64,000 nucleotides of DNA from Candidatus Aldehydirespiratoraceae bacterium. GTDB taxonomy: Bacteria > Actinomycetota > Acidimicrobiia > Acidimicrobiales > Aldehydirespiratoraceae. The notes beneath the pieces are model-generated. The model worked only from the letters and a program-made list of their open reading frames with translations, was not told where the DNA came from and did no database searches. The DNA lies in assembly GCA_965214565.1 (NCBI GenBank), contig OZ243951.1, positions 1,281,017 through 1,345,016 of the forward strand. The letters run 5' to 3'. Shown here piece by piece: positions 63,400 to 64,000 of this stretch (position 1 is the first letter of the stretch; each line of letters opens with the position of its first letter). The position numbers and the translations under genes are program-made.

Positions 63400-64000
63400 A
63401 TGAGCGATAGCGAAATCACCGCAGTCAACAAAGCCCTCGATGCGCTGCTGGCAGAACACGACCCGACACAGGAGTCGTACCACGAATTTCGGGGTCACCA
63501 GTTCGACGCCGGACTCGCCTGGGTCCAATTCCCCAAGGGCCACGGCGGCCTCGAAGTGCGGCCCCAACTGCAACGTCAAGTCAACCGCCGGTTGGCTGAA
63601 GCCGGTGCCGACCCAATGGACACCAGCCAGTTCTTCATGGCACTGGCAGCACCCACGATCCTCGCCCACGGCACCGAAGAACAGAAGCGCCGCTTCCTCC
63701 GGCCCATGTTCACCGGCGAACAACGGTGGTGTCAGCTCTTCTCGGAACCCGGCGCCGGGTCAGACTTCGCCGGCCTCGCCACCAAAGCAGAACTCGACGG
63801 CGACGAATGGACCGTCAACGGACAGAAAGTCTGGAACACGATCGCCCACATCGCCGACTGGGGAATGCTCGTCACCCGCACCGACCCACAACTCCCCAAA
63901 CACAAGGGCATGACCTACTTCGCGCTCGATATGCACGCCGAGGGAGTCGAGGTCCGGCCGCTGCGACAGATCACCGGCGAAGCCGAGTTCAACGAGGTCT
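63400..64000 (+). CDS. Acyl-CoA dehydrogenase, N-terminal part (runs off window end)
   Basis: It is absent from the ORF track because there is no stop. My translation from the ATG at 63400 is 'MSDSEITAVNKALDALL...EEQKRRFLRPMFTGEQRWCQLFSEPGAGSDFAGLATKAELDGDEWTVNGQKVW', the typical ACAD N-terminal and middle domains. Confidence 0.85.
   Translation, partial: MSDSEITAVNKALDALLAEHDPTQESYHEFRGHQFDAGLAWVQFPKGHGGLEVRPQLQRQVNRRLAEAGADPMDTSQFFMALAAPTILAHGTEEQKRRFLRPMFTGEQRWCQLFSEPGAGSDFAGLATKAELDGDEWTVNGQKVWNTIAHIADWGMLVTRTDPQLPKHKGMTYFALDMHAEGVEVRPLRQITGEAEFNEV

Noticed and set aside
63440-63913. 157-aa ORF from the track at the right end
   Set aside because: It is out of frame with the acyl-CoA dehydrogenase reading frame that starts at 63400. 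That frame has typical ACAD motifs and stays open to the window end.

Overview
GC-rich, actinobacterial-type chromosomal segment, inferred from an F420/LLM oxidoreductase, a mycothiol-type DinB enzyme, a DUF222-HNH 'REP13E12-like' gene and SLH-anchored surface proteins. I recognised no rRNA, tRNA or convincing CRISPR array. Left to right the window holds five blocks. (1) A mannitol-type PTS operon (ptsI, PRD regulator, EIIC/EIIB/EIIA, HPr), split by two orphan AAA-ATPase genes with an AT-rich spacer. (2) A near-complete methylated-amine catabolic island. It carries gmaS-mgsABC (N-methylglutamate pathway), SoxB/DAO-like flavoproteins, a GFA protein, trimethylamine monooxygenase (tmm), TMAO demethylase (tdm), small membrane ORFs, an Amt transporter and a GcvT-like protein. 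(3) yaaA, then a Schlafen/AlbA_2-type gene bracketed by 55-bp AT-rich direct repeats, then an enolase-superfamily gene. (4) The most unusual part, about 29.5-53.4 kb: a cluster of giant SLH-domain surface proteins, one with 22 RCC1-like blades and four SLH-Fn3 paralogs. Two SLH-Fn3 copies (A on +, B on -) are truncated at exactly the same codon. They lack promoter, signal peptide and first SLH domain. They share a near-identical 5' block and a ~135-bp 3' element with a full-length copy (C). A catalytically intact tyrosine recombinase gene starts 57 bp from the truncation point of copy A. The intervening DNA is a mosaic of inverted and direct repeats encoding two families of small tail-anchored coiled-coil proteins, an IS3 scrap and a decayed RES-Xre toxin-antitoxin pair. 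I read this as a candidate shufflon-like (inversion or cassette-exchange) variation system for an S-layer/cell-surface protein. That function is inference only. (5) sodA, an LLM oxidoreductase, a sulfatase with in-frame tandem repeats, a DUF222-HNH repeat region containing a nuclease-like gene broken by a perfect 23-bp tandem duplication, a VOC enzyme, a DinB/MDMPI enzyme and a partial acyl-CoA dehydrogenase. Many long antisense or out-of-frame ORFs in the supplied track are GC-driven artefacts and are not reported.
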